Positions 27,639 to 36,231 of a stretch of DNA of 39,324 nt are shown in pieces; the stretch's first letter is position 1; each line of letters opens with the position of its first letter. The notes below the pieces were generated by a model, which searched no databases, was not told the DNA's origin, and was given only the letters and a program-made list of their open reading frames with translations. The translations under genes were made by a program, and so were the position numbers. This DNA is from a virus (taxonomy: Duplodnaviria > Heunggongvirae > Uroviricota > Caudoviricetes): IMG/VR virus record IMGVR_UViG_2703718821_000011; one strand, given 5' to 3'.

Positions 27639-27915
27639 CAGGAACAGGGGCAGAGGCCGCAGGCACCGCTGCCAGCGACCGGCGGACAACGCTCTGCTGT
27701 CCCTCGCTGTGCTGAATGTTCTGTTGTTTTTCATTCGTGGCCGCCTCACTGATTTGTGAAATGAGTTGCAGGGTGTGCTGCTGATTTGCCAGCACCTGAC
27801 GCGCCTCATCCCGCTCACGCACAAGCACCTGATTATTGTCTTCAAGGCGCTGCGTCTTCTGGTGCATTCCCCATATCGCGGCAACCAGTACAGCGATAAT
27901 CCCCAGCGCCGCCAT
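27565..27915 (-). CDS. Inner-membrane spanin (Rz-like)
   Basis: N-terminal TM helix MAALGIIAVLVAAIWG followed by a coiled-coil region rich in Q/E/R; directly downstream of the endolysin gene. Start uncertain. Confidence 0.6.
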   Translation of the reverse strand: MAALGIIAVLVAAIWGMHQKTQRLEDNNQVLVRERDEARQVLANQQHTLQLISQISEAATNEKQQNIQHSEGQQSVVRRSLAAVPAASAPVPDDVADRVRRAVCEIRACEAGADPR

Positions 27916-28027
27916 GCACGCCCCGGCAATCAGGGCCGGTAAGGCATTATTCACCGCAGCCACAGGACACCCCGTAACAGCAGTACCGCACACAGCAGCG
28001 CTATCATGAGCGGTCGCCAGAAGCGGT

Positions 28028-28528
28028 TCAGACTTTCGGCAAGTCGTAGCGACATAACCATTCATCCGCCGAACGGCGGGCCTCAAGGCCGGGGAGTTTC
28101 ACCCCCTTTGAATAAATCCAGCGGATATACTGCTTACAGGACGCGGGCATCTGCCCGGCATTGATCAGGCGCAGAAGCGTGGAGTTGCGGAAGTTCGTTT
28201 CACCGGCCCAGAAGATCCACGAAGCCAGCGCCACAGTCTGACCACGGGTAAGCGGCACCTGAACACGCCGATCAATGGCCGCAAAGGCCCATTTCATGTC
28301 CTTTTCCAGTAGTTCCAGGCATTCTTCATCCGTCAGGGTCATACCCGGTTTCACATCCGGGCCGGTATGGCCGTAACAGATGGTGGGTGTACCGGTGGGA
28401 TCGATATACGTGGAGTTTTCTTTCCCTTCCCAGTAACCGGTGTAATGCGTGGCAATCGTGAACGTCCCGGCACCGGCCAGAACAAGGGCAATCAGCTTTT
28501 TACGCAGTGGTGCGGGGAGTTTTGGCAT
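28028..28528 (-). CDS. lys: SAR endolysin, T4-lysozyme-like (glycoside hydrolase family 24)
   Basis: Gly/Ala-rich weakly hydrophobic N-terminal segment (LIALVLAGAGTFTIA) followed by YWEGKE...TICYGHTG lysozyme-type motifs. Confidence 0.8.
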   Translation of the reverse strand: MPKLPAPLRKKLIALVLAGAGTFTIATHYTGYWEGKENSTYIDPTGTPTICYGHTGPDVKPGMTLTDEECLELLEKDMKWAFAAIDRRVQVPLTRGQTVALASWIFWAGETNFRNSTLLRLINAGQMPASCKQYIRWIYSKGVKLPGLEARRSADEWLCRYDLPKV

Positions 28529-28599
28529 TGTTACGCTGTCTCATGATGTTCTCTGAGTCAGCGTAACGGTGAAGGAAAGGCGGCAGGCTTTGCGGAATA

Positions 28600-29025
28600 T
28601 CAGAAAAGTGGCGGTTGCGTTCTTGCCAGATGCAGACGGCGCTGTTCACGTATGACGGTATAAATCTGGGTTTCTGACATCCGGTAATGGCGGCGAAGGG
28701 ATTCAATTTTCTCGCCCCGGTCCCAGCGCGAAAATATCTCATTGTTTCGCAGCTCGGCAAAGAGAGATTCCCCGACCGGCAGGTAATAACCCCGTCCGCC
28801 CATATAGGCTGCCTGAGCCGCAGCCACCTTGCGTGCCAGTTTACCGGCCAGTACCGGCTCAATCCCCTGACGCTGAAGTTCTGCGCCGGTGACTTCAACC
28901 AGTTCTGACAGGGTCCGCGGCCAGTTCTTTTTGAGAACATCATCAGGGATGTCATCAAGGCGGTCGATAAGGGCGTGCAGTTGCTCACTGTCACCACCAA
29001 ACATGCTCATCTGAGTTTCTGCCAT
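28600..29025 (-). CDS. Mor/C-family transcriptional activator (middle/late gene activator)
   Basis: C-terminal ...RMSETQIYTVIREQRRL... resembles the Mor/C HTH region; sits immediately upstream of lys where Mu has C. Cannot tell whether this is the Mor or the C equivalent. Confidence 0.65.
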   Translation of the reverse strand: MAETQMSMFGGDSEQLHALIDRLDDIPDDVLKKNWPRTLSELVEVTGAELQRQGIEPVLAGKLARKVAAAQAAYMGGRGYYLPVGESLFAELRNNEIFSRWDRGEKIESLRRHYRMSETQIYTVIREQRRLHLARTQPPLF

Positions 29026-29058
29026 ATCAGCCTCCGGTTCTCACGTTCCCGGTAAGTT

Positions 29059-29088
29059 TAAAATAAAAATCCCGCGTTGTGGCGGGAT
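29059..29088 (-). terminator. Rho-independent terminator of the early operon (stem ATCCCGC...GCGGGAT followed by a U-rich tract on the minus-strand RNA)
   Basis: Hairpin immediately downstream of the gemA stop with UUUUUAUUUU on the transcribed strand; Mu has an early-transcript terminator just before the middle/late activator region. Confidence 0.6.
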
Positions 29089-29094
29089 TTGGGG

Positions 29095-29604
29095 TTAACG
29101 GGGAAGTGATTTTTCATACTGCCTGCAAACGGCGTCATACCCCATCAGCGTGCGTTCGGGCATTCCCATCGCGGCCAGCATTTTGCGGCGGTGCCATCGC
29201 TTGAGACGCTCCAGCACATCTGAGGCCAGGGCGGGGTGTTGCTCCAGCCACTGCCAGTTTGCCACACCTTCGCCGCCGTTCTGCGCGGCCGTCTGCGATT
29301 TCACCCAGCGGTTAAGGGCGGTTTCCGCACCATCGGTGATAAAGCCCTGCCGGAGCATCACCTTCCAGATGGCGCGAATTTTGGCGGTCACCGTACCCGG
29401 TTTTAAGGCCCGGTTAACCGGGTTCTGACGCACTTTAAAACCGCGTTTTTTGAAAACATCCAGCACGCGGGATAACTCATCCGGTGACATATCCCGGCAG
29501 CTGGTTTTGCCGGTGGCTGCCAGCAGCGCGGATGTATAAGTCTCATCATCCAGGGCAAGCTCGCGCTTTGCCACATGAATGGCGGATATCAGTTTTCCTC
29601 TCAT
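29095..29604 (-). CDS. gemA: GemA-like protein (Mu gp16 family)
   Basis: LISAIHVAKRELALDDETYTSALLAATGKTSCRDMSPDELSRVLDVFKKRGFK matches the GemA family pattern as I recall it. Confidence 0.65.
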   Translation of the reverse strand: MRGKLISAIHVAKRELALDDETYTSALLAATGKTSCRDMSPDELSRVLDVFKKRGFKVRQNPVNRALKPGTVTAKIRAIWKVMLRQGFITDGAETALNRWVKSQTAAQNGGEGVANWQWLEQHPALASDVLERLKRWHRRKMLAAMGMPERTLMGYDAVCRQYEKSLPR

Positions 29605-29897
29605 ACCGTATTTACCTTTTTACGGACATGGAAAGCCTTTTCTGCCTCATCCCACCGGGCATGGTGTGTTGGTGGAATAATCATTATGTGCCAGCCATCT
29701 CTGGTTGTTATCCGGCAGAAAAATTCACCGCTATATAACACAATGGCCTGCTGAATGAGCGCATCAGCCGCCCGTTCAACCGGATGTCTTTTATCAAAAA
29801 AGCAGATGATTTTTCGACATAACCACCGGGTAATAACAAATGCGCCGAAAAAGGATGTGATATATAAGCACCAGAACAACAGAGAACTATTGTCCAT
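29601..29897 (-). CDS. Hypothetical protein with N-terminal TM helix (early region, lower GC)
   Basis: 98-aa ORF, hydrophobic N-terminus LLFWCLYITSFFGAFVI; 4-nt overlap with gemA. Confidence 0.4.
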   Translation of the reverse strand: MDNSSLLFWCLYITSFFGAFVITRWLCRKIICFFDKRHPVERAADALIQQAIVLYSGEFFCRITTRDGWHIMIIPPTHHARWDEAEKAFHVRKKVNTV

Positions 29898-30084
29898 TAT
29901 CTTTCTCCTTATTCACTCTTCTGCGGCATTCGGCACAGTCATCAGGGCTTTCAAATGTATCCGGCTCGCGATTATGAGCCAGATATAACCACCGTCCACA
30001 TATACTGATATTTTCGCCTGTTTTAAAAAAATGATGCTTCCTGGCCATTAGTGGCCGCGCCCATCCAGCGGGTAGACTATTCAT
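29887..30084 (-). CDS. Hypothetical 65-aa protein with Cys-x-x-Cys pair (possible zinc ribbon)
   Basis: ORF in an operon-like overlapping arrangement; ...CGRW...CAEC.... Confidence 0.35.
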   Translation of the reverse strand: MNSLPAGWARPLMARKHHFFKTGENISICGRWLYLAHNREPDTFESPDDCAECRRRVNKEKDNGQ

Positions 30085-30412
30085 TTGCTTTATCCTCCAT
30101 GCTGGACAGAATCATATGTATTAATGTCGGGCGTGGAGATATACGCATTTCATTAAGCGTCTGAAGGGCAGCAACAGCTGCCTGTTTATCGGTGCCTTTG
30201 GCAATTTCAGCAAGAGAATGCACAATCCATAACGGGCTTAACGCTACGGCTGAATGCAGAATCATGTCATCCATAATAATTTCTGGCATATCCCGTTTGT
30301 CACATTCTTTATCCATAAAAGAAACGATTTTTTCTGCATCTTCCGGTTTCATGCCTCCGGCGATGAGAATTTTACGATATTCATAAGACGATCTTAATTC
30401 AATACTCATCAT
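30077..30412 (-). CDS. Hypothetical 111-aa early protein
   Basis: ORF with overlapping start/stop contexts; no recognised motif. Confidence 0.4.
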   Translation of the reverse strand: MMSIELRSSYEYRKILIAGGMKPEDAEKIVSFMDKECDKRDMPEIIMDDMILHSAVALSPLWIVHSLAEIAKGTDKQAAVAALQTLNEMRISPRPTLIHMILSSMEDKANE

Positions 30413-30424
30413 TCACCTGCCTGT

Positions 30425-30817
30425 TTAATCAGTTTCCAGTGCTTTGCTACGGGCAACAGCCTCACACTCAAAAAATACCGACTCCGGCACACGCTCCTTT
30501 AATTCACGAACAAGAAAATCATTAACGAGTTCATGACGTCTTATATTTCTTTCCTTTTCCTCCTGGCGCAATACAGCAAGGCGGTATTCAACAGTCCGGC
30601 GTTGTTTCTGAAAGACAGCTAGTGCTTTTCTGGCAGAGTTACGCCATGTATCATCGCCACAGGGTTCGTATTCAAGCTGAAATTTAATCTCTTCAATGGT
30701 TTCTTTTATTTTTGCCAGCAAGCTAAGACAGTCGCTGATTGTCTTCAGTTTTTCATTATCAATATAACTTCTCACGCATTCACCTCCCGTCATTCCGGTA
30801 AAGCTGAAATATGGCAC
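30425..30817 (-). CDS. Hypothetical coiled-coil early protein (start probably internal, near 30793)
   Basis: 130-aa ORF; K/E/R-rich helical sequence. Confidence 0.4.
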   Translation of the reverse strand: MPYFSFTGMTGGECVRSYIDNEKLKTISDCLSLLAKIKETIEEIKFQLEYEPCGDDTWRNSARKALAVFQKQRRTVEYRLAVLRQEEKERNIRRHELVNDFLVRELKERVPESVFFECEAVARSKALETD

Positions 30818-31101
30818 CAGTGCGTCACCTGTCCGTCCTCATCTTCAAGGCAGGCTCCGGTTTCTTCATCAATAAAAAAGCCTTCATACCCCATATGGCC
30901 GATGCGCAGTTCCTGTTGGTCACCATACTGAACAATCAGCACGACAGCCTCCATATCAGGCGGAAATGCGTCATCCAGTGAATGCCAGGGATAACCGCGC
31001 AAATCCCCGAAATAAACACCGGTCAGCGTTCCGCCACAAACCGACATTCCGGCGACACATACCAGAGGCTCGTCTGATTCAACAAATAATGTCGTTATCA
31101 T
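30790..31101 (-). CDS. Hypothetical acidic 103-aa early protein
   Basis: ORF with 4-nt overlap to the upstream gene; highly acidic. Confidence 0.4.
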   Translation of the reverse strand: MITTLFVESDEPLVCVAGMSVCGGTLTGVYFGDLRGYPWHSLDDAFPPDMEAVVLIVQYGDQQELRIGHMGYEGFFIDEETGACLEDEDGQVTHWCHISALPE

Positions 31102-31649
31102 GGCATTAACTCCCGTAATACAACATCTTCGGCAGTCCGGCGATGGTGATAAATAAAATTCACCGTACTCTCGGATAATTCAAATTTCTCGCCTATTTCC
31201 CGGAAGGTAAGACGTCGTGGTGATTCAGCATCCCGTAATTCACGAATAAGATGAACATCATCATCAGGTATACGGGTGAAGGGCAGCAACTCTCCGTATT
31301 TTTTCATGCTTACGCCAATATATCGCGCCCGTTTGTGGACAGAATCCCGGTCTCGCCCCAGATATTCTCCTATTTGCTTACCGGTCATCGTTCTGGCATT
31401 TTTTCGGATAAATTTATCTTCATCATGTTTAAATCTTGGACGTTTGCATTTGAGCAACTCCGGGTAAGTACCGCGTAATAAAACAATCCGGTTATGTACA
31501 CCCCAGAAACTTCTTTTTACCCTGACAGCAATATCCTTAACCGGGGTGGATGGATAAAGCGCAATCAGCAGTGCATCTTCTTCAGGTGTCCACGCACGGA
31601 CATGAGCGGGTGCACGGCCTTTTCGCCCCATGGGTTGTAAAATCATCAT
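31098..31649 (-). CDS. Putative DNA-binding regulator with up to three HTH-like segments
   Basis: WTPEEDALLIALY (Myb/SANT-like), TGKQIGEYLGRDRDSVHKRARYIG, and LTFREIGEKFELSESTVNFIYHHRR (sigma-70 region 4/LuxR-like). Confidence 0.45.
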   Translation of the reverse strand: MMILQPMGRKGRAPAHVRAWTPEEDALLIALYPSTPVKDIAVRVKRSFWGVHNRIVLLRGTYPELLKCKRPRFKHDEDKFIRKNARTMTGKQIGEYLGRDRDSVHKRARYIGVSMKKYGELLPFTRIPDDDVHLIRELRDAESPRRLTFREIGEKFELSESTVNFIYHHRRTAEDVVLRELMP

Positions 31650-31652
31650 ACA

Positions 31653-32168
31653 TCACCCCCTGACTCGCTTTTCAGCAGCATAAAACTCATCAGACAGAAT
31701 TTCGGTCATTTTCTGTTTTGCGGGTTTTACGCCGCACTGAAGGTAAATCACATCGTCAACGCAGAACCACTCCACAGGGCCAAACAGGATTGCCGAGAAA
31801 TCAATACCCAGCCAGAACAACAGGGCATCGGTTCTGGCATACGTGACGGGCGAATATTCACGCCACAGACTGTTAAGTTCGTCAGAGGCAGCGCACAGGG
31901 CTTTGGGAATACACGATGTGCGCGGCGTGCAGCTCCAGCCATTCGACGCAGTCGGTTTTCGCCATAAGTCGCGATGAAAAGGATATTTGTTATCCGTAAA
32001 ACGCAGTCCTTTAAAATAAAAACCATTGATACCGGATACAAATACCGACCGACAATCAACATTCAGCACGGCCTCAAGACGTTTTGCCTCATCCTTAACT
32101 TTCTTGTAGTCCTGCTGGTATTTTTGCCACGCAGCCAGCGCGGAAGGGTTTGATGTTTTAAAGAACAT
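31653..32168 (-). CDS. Hypothetical 171-aa early protein
   Basis: ORF in the early operon; no recognised motif. Confidence 0.45.
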   Translation of the reverse strand: MFFKTSNPSALAAWQKYQQDYKKVKDEAKRLEAVLNVDCRSVFVSGINGFYFKGLRFTDNKYPFHRDLWRKPTASNGWSCTPRTSCIPKALCAASDELNSLWREYSPVTYARTDALLFWLGIDFSAILFGPVEWFCVDDVIYLQCGVKPAKQKMTEILSDEFYAAEKRVRG

Positions 32169-32701
32169 TACGCCACCTCCGCAGATATCCCGGCAGGCGC
32201 AGCCGTCCGGTCAACAATCAGGTAACGCAGAACATGTTCGGTGATATTCCAGCCGCTTAAACCGCAGATAATGACACCCAGGCGAATGTCGATATACGCC
32301 ATCACAAACTGGGGCACGCCTTCTTTCATGGCCTGCTCATCAACTTCAGCCACCACATAAACGGTTTCGCAGGTCAGTACGCCCTGAGCAAATTCCCACG
32401 CCATCGACGGAATATCATGCCCCTCAATCCACGGCAGGGATTTTCTGAAGCTGCACCACTGAACATCATCAGCCGCACCTTCCTGGCTGCATTTGCGACG
32501 AACCGGCTGCACCGGGCGGGGACGCGGAATATCATAAAAACCGTTACATTCCGTCAGCACCCCGGCATCGACCGCATCACGCAGAAAATAAACCATCGAG
32601 GATGGCGGCATATTCATTTTTTCAGCCAGAATGCCGCAGGTCAGACGCCCGTAAATACTCAGCCAGTTTTTAACCCCTTCAAGCACTTTTGCATCAATCA
32701 T
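32168..32701 (-). CDS. Hypothetical 177-aa early protein (N-terminal winged-helix-like segment)
   Basis: ORF in the early operon; no recognised catalytic motif. Confidence 0.45.
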   Translation of the reverse strand: MIDAKVLEGVKNWLSIYGRLTCGILAEKMNMPPSSMVYFLRDAVDAGVLTECNGFYDIPRPRPVQPVRRKCSQEGAADDVQWCSFRKSLPWIEGHDIPSMAWEFAQGVLTCETVYVVAEVDEQAMKEGVPQFVMAYIDIRLGVIICGLSGWNITEHVLRYLIVDRTAAPAGISAEVA

Positions 32702-32704
32702 GAA

Positions 32705-33247
32705 TTATTCCTCCGTCAGCGCCACATATTCAGAATGTTTAATTTCCTGGCATTCTTCAGGAATACACCCTTTTATTTCCCTGCCATAAGCGCCTACTTT
32801 AAACACCACGCACAGGGCATCACGGGAGAGCGACGGGGTCCACCAGGAGTCCGTGTTAAACATGGAGGGGATTCTCATTACCCCCAGCTTTTCACAGAGC
32901 CAGACAAGGAAATCAGGACGCTTTCTTAACTCACGTTCAGCGGTTTCAATCATTGCGGCAATCGCCGGACCTTCAGGGCATGACTCATCAGGTCTGGCAA
33001 TAAAGCACGGTCCGTCCCCGATAAAAGCCACATCATCGCGCTTACGCCAGCCCGCAGGCAGAGCACCAGAAAAATAAAACTCACTGATTACGTCCATGGC
33101 AAACGGCTTTAAGCGCAATCCGGCAGCGCCTGTATTTTTCAGTAATGCCCGAAGAATACTGTTGCGTAGCGGTAAAACAGTCTGTTGATATTTGGTGAAA
33201 TATTTATTTGTCTGCACACGGTCTAATTTGAAATAAAAATATGCCAT
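32705..33247 (-). CDS. Hypothetical 180-aa early protein
   Basis: ORF directly downstream of gam with an AAGGAACAGG RBS. Confidence 0.45.
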   Translation of the reverse strand: MAYFYFKLDRVQTNKYFTKYQQTVLPLRNSILRALLKNTGAAGLRLKPFAMDVISEFYFSGALPAGWRKRDDVAFIGDGPCFIARPDESCPEGPAIAAMIETAERELRKRPDFLVWLCEKLGVMRIPSMFNTDSWWTPSLSRDALCVVFKVGAYGREIKGCIPEECQEIKHSEYVALTEE

Positions 33248-33344
33248 ATATCCTGTTCCTTATTTTCAGTTTACAGGCGCAGGCAGTCCCCTGACGCGAG
33301 CGCCATAATTAAAACGAAGTGATATTTAATTGATTAATGCGGTG

Positions 33345-33875
33345 TTATTTATTCAGTCCGGCGTCCTGTTCAAAAGGCTCGACATAAAAACTTTCAGCGC
33401 CTTTATTCACCTTAATACCGGCAATCCCTTTCACCGCATCCGGCTCCGCCAGGACCGCTTCCTTGTTCACTTCCTCTTTCGTGCGGATAAAACGCTCAAG
33501 GCCCATACGGCGCAGCATTTCAATCACACCTTCCACATCACGACTGACGCTGCATGATGGATTCCCCAGTCGCCATGACACCGTTCCGGTGGTCAGATTG
33601 GCTGTTTTGGTTTTGCCGCCGTTCGTCAGCTCATCGCGGTTGGTTTTGCACCAGTCCTGAATCCCCTTAAAAAGCACTTTGATTTCTTTTTTAAGGTTTT
33701 CAATTTGCGGCGTATAACGGGCGGTGATTTCTGCCACTTCATCATTCATCGCCGTTTCCAGCCGCAGCGCCTCTCGCTGAATATCGCCCAGGGTGCGGAT
33801 ATCGCGGCTGACTTCTTCGCGGGTCTGCGGTGCAGCCTCGGCTGCGGCCTTTAATTTTGTAACACGTTTAGCCAT
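33345..33875 (-). CDS. gam: Gam, Ku-like DNA-end-binding host-nuclease inhibitor
   Basis: 176 aa; ...LGDIQREALRLETAMNDEVAEITARY...DELTNGGKTKTANLTTGTVSWR... closely matches Mu Gam as I recall it. Confidence 0.8.
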   Translation of the reverse strand: MAKRVTKLKAAAEAAPQTREEVSRDIRTLGDIQREALRLETAMNDEVAEITARYTPQIENLKKEIKVLFKGIQDWCKTNRDELTNGGKTKTANLTTGTVSWRLGNPSCSVSRDVEGVIEMLRRMGLERFIRTKEEVNKEAVLAEPDAVKGIAGIKVNKGAESFYVEPFEQDAGLNK

Positions 33876-33886
33876 TTTGTTTTTCC

Positions 33887-34180
33887 TTATTGCAGTGTGC
33901 CTGATGCTTTATGCACGCGGTGGCGTTTAATGATGGCATCCGCCCCAAAAGCCTGTACAGATGCCTGAAATTCCGCTGAGAGAAACTGAATAATTACAGG
34001 ACTGTGATACTGGAGAATGCTTGCATAAACGTCACAGAGTGACGTCGGCCTGTTATCCGTATCACGTTCTGTTTTCACATCCACTCCAATCTTTTCATGC
34101 ACTTCAACACTGTCATTGCCTGCCGGTTTTTCGTCATGCGAAACATGCTCAAATTCAAAAATAACGCGTACTTTGCTCAT
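33887..34180 (-). CDS. Small early protein, paralogous at its N-terminus to the upstream gene
   Basis: Begins MSKVRVIFEFEH...; the upstream neighbour begins MSKVVRIIFEYKEH...; remainder unrelated. Confidence 0.45.
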   Translation of the reverse strand: MSKVRVIFEFEHVSHDEKPAGNDSVEVHEKIGVDVKTERDTDNRPTSLCDVYASILQYHSPVIIQFLSAEFQASVQAFGADAIIKRHRVHKASGTLQ

Positions 34181-34184
34181 GGAA

Positions 34185-34457
34185 TTACCCCTGCTGATTA
34201 AATTCATTACCTTTAATAACCCCGGAACTCATGTTCATATCTTTCATGAGCGCTCTGGCTTTCATTGCCACAAGTTCAGCAAAGTCTCTGCTTTCCGCGA
34301 GCATAACCACTCCAAAAATCATGGCGGGTCCATCACCTTTCTGCTTTATCCCGGTTGAACGTATGTCCAGACTTACCCCCATGCGCACTGTTCCATCAGC
34401 GTTTTTATGGATAACGTGCTCCTTGTATTCGAAAATAATGCGTACGACTTTACTCAT
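34185..34457 (-). CDS. Small early protein (90 aa)
   Basis: ORF in the semi-essential early region. Confidence 0.45.
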   Translation of the reverse strand: MSKVVRIIFEYKEHVIHKNADGTVRMGVSLDIRSTGIKQKGDGPAMIFGVVMLAESRDFAELVAMKARALMKDMNMSSGVIKGNEFNQQG

Positions 34458-34735
34458 CCTCTGGTCCTCGTTCTGTTTGGATAACTGACCCGGCGTCTGA
34501 CCTCACGGCAGAACCGAATCATGGCATTAAAGGCTTCTTCCTCCGTCACCGCTTCCGGTATCCCCGGAACCAGTAACTGCTCCTGTTCATCACGTCCATG
34601 ACGCGCCATAACCTCAATCACATGCCGTACCGTGGCAGGCTTTCCGGCAACTATCGGCAATGCACCTTCCGGCAGGACGTAACCAAACTCAATAAGACCA
34701 CTCGACCACGCCCATGCAATGAGATTTTTTTTCAC
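34454..34735 (-). CDS. Small early protein (93 aa)
   Basis: ORF with 4-nt overlap to the downstream gene. Confidence 0.4.
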   Translation of the reverse strand: MKKNLIAWAWSSGLIEFGYVLPEGALPIVAGKPATVRHVIEVMARHGRDEQEQLLVPGIPEAVTEEEAFNAMIRFCREVRRRVSYPNRTRTRG

Positions 34736-34736
34736 C

Positions 34737-35003
34737 TCACACCTCCCAGTAAACCGTGCAGCCGCTGATGCGGGTGGCCTTCACACGGCGGCGCAGGCCG
34801 TTGGTCTGTATGGTGATTTCAATTTCACCGGTTCCCTGCACGTTGCCTACCGGCGGCGTGGTTTTCAGTGCAAAACGTTGTGGGTAGCGCTTACTGCGTT
34901 CCAGTACCGCACCGGCAAGTTCGGTCAGACGGCGCGCGCTGTTCAGGGAGTCGAATAAATTCATTTTGTTACCGCAGGATTGCATATTCATATAACACCT
35001 CAT
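34737..35003 (-). CDS. Small early protein (88 aa; start may be internal)
   Basis: ORF in the early operon. Confidence 0.4.
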   Translation of the reverse strand: MRCYMNMQSCGNKMNLFDSLNSARRLTELAGAVLERSKRYPQRFALKTTPPVGNVQGTGEIEITIQTNGLRRRVKATRISGCTVYWEV

Positions 35004-35231
35004 TTAGCTGACTTGTTTCGCACCAACAGAACGGCATATTCCGCTGTAAACTTCTGTCGCACCTTCGCGATCAAGTCCGGCAGATATCACCATTCGTGTG
35101 CGGTCATTAAATTCAAAAAGTAAATCGCCACATTCTTTATTTTCGGCCAGTGAAATCACCTTCACGTTATCGAAATTAACCAGGTAAAAGCGTCCGTAAA
35201 TATCAGGAATATAAAATACCGCCATAATCAC
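35004..35231 (-). CDS. Small early protein in the Mu kil position (75 aa)
   Basis: First ORF downstream of B, overlapping its stop; positional analogy to Mu kil only. Confidence 0.35.
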   Translation of the reverse strand: MIMAVFYIPDIYGRFYLVNFDNVKVISLAENKECGDLLFEFNDRTRMVISAGLDREGATEVYSGICRSVGAKQVS

Positions 35232-36160
35232 ACCTGTGAGAGTAATTCAGGGTTGGTATAAACCTCTTTAAAGGCCGCATTAATATGTTTTTCTGTCAGC
35301 GCCGCACCTTCACCGCTGGCGGTGAGCCACGCCTGGTTAAGCGTATGTGTCAGAACGCGTAACGCTCCCGGCTTTTCAGCGATAGCCTGCATGACGGCCA
35401 GCTCGGCCTCACCACTGATACCCCATGCCCTGGCAATGGCCAGCACATCCGCCTTTTTGGCCTTGCGAAGTTGTTTTGTACGGGCAAGACGGCTGAACAG
35501 GCGCGATAAATCATCAAAGGCGCGGCGTCCACCTTTAAACAATCCGCGCGGGTTACCAATAAGCACCATCCCGATCCCCGTGGCGTCCTGAATTGCCCGG
35601 AGTTGCTCCAGACCGTCAATACCAAGATGATCCGCCTCATCCACAATCACCAGTCCACGCGTTCCCATCAGGCGACGGCGGATGGCGCGGGATAATGCCC
35701 CTTTGTTCGCGCGGGTGTAATCAATCCCCAGCGCATCGGCCAGCTCCAGCAGACACTCCGTGACGCTGGAGTGCGCGGGTGACAGGGTGATCATCCAGGT
35801 GTTTGGTTGCTCCTGGCAGTAATTACGGGCAGTGGCCGTTTTACCCACACCCGGTACGCCCACAATAACGTTAATACAGCCCATCAGACGAACCGCCTGA
35901 AACAGTGCGCGCAGCTCCTGGACTGTCTGCGTTTCCACAAACTGCGGCGGTTCCGGCAGTGCGCTTTGTTTATTCCAGTTCTCATACCAGGAACGCAGGG
36001 AAGCAGCCACAGCAGCGTTATCGCCTTTATATTTTCCCTTACGGAAAGCCGATAATGTGCCGTCGGAAATTCCCGCCTCTCTGGCGATGGCATACTGCGT
36101 CAGTACGCCGCCATCAATAAGTTCATCAATGGTCTTGATTACATCGTTAATATCAGTCAT
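35228..36160 (-). CDS. B: MuB-like AAA+ ATPase, transposition target-DNA activator
   Basis: 310 aa; Walker A GVPGVGKT, Walker B LVIVDEADHL; directly downstream of the transposase gene. Confidence 0.8.
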   Translation of the reverse strand: MTDINDVIKTIDELIDGGVLTQYAIAREAGISDGTLSAFRKGKYKGDNAAVAASLRSWYENWNKQSALPEPPQFVETQTVQELRALFQAVRLMGCINVIVGVPGVGKTATARNYCQEQPNTWMITLSPAHSSVTECLLELADALGIDYTRANKGALSRAIRRRLMGTRGLVIVDEADHLGIDGLEQLRAIQDATGIGMVLIGNPRGLFKGGRRAFDDLSRLFSRLARTKQLRKAKKADVLAIARAWGISGEAELAVMQAIAEKPGALRVLTHTLNQAWLTASGEGAALTEKHINAAFKEVYTNPELLSQV

Positions 36161-36231
36161 ATTATTAACCTCTCATTTGATACCTTGTTTAATCAAATAA
36201 CCTGAGTCGCCGCTCGGGTTATTTTTTTATT

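Noticed and set aside
29601-33247. Calling the expanded early region a defined defence or anti-defence system
   Set aside because: No protein there carries a motif I can tie to a known nuclease, ATPase, kinase or effector family; the region is flagged as a candidate only.
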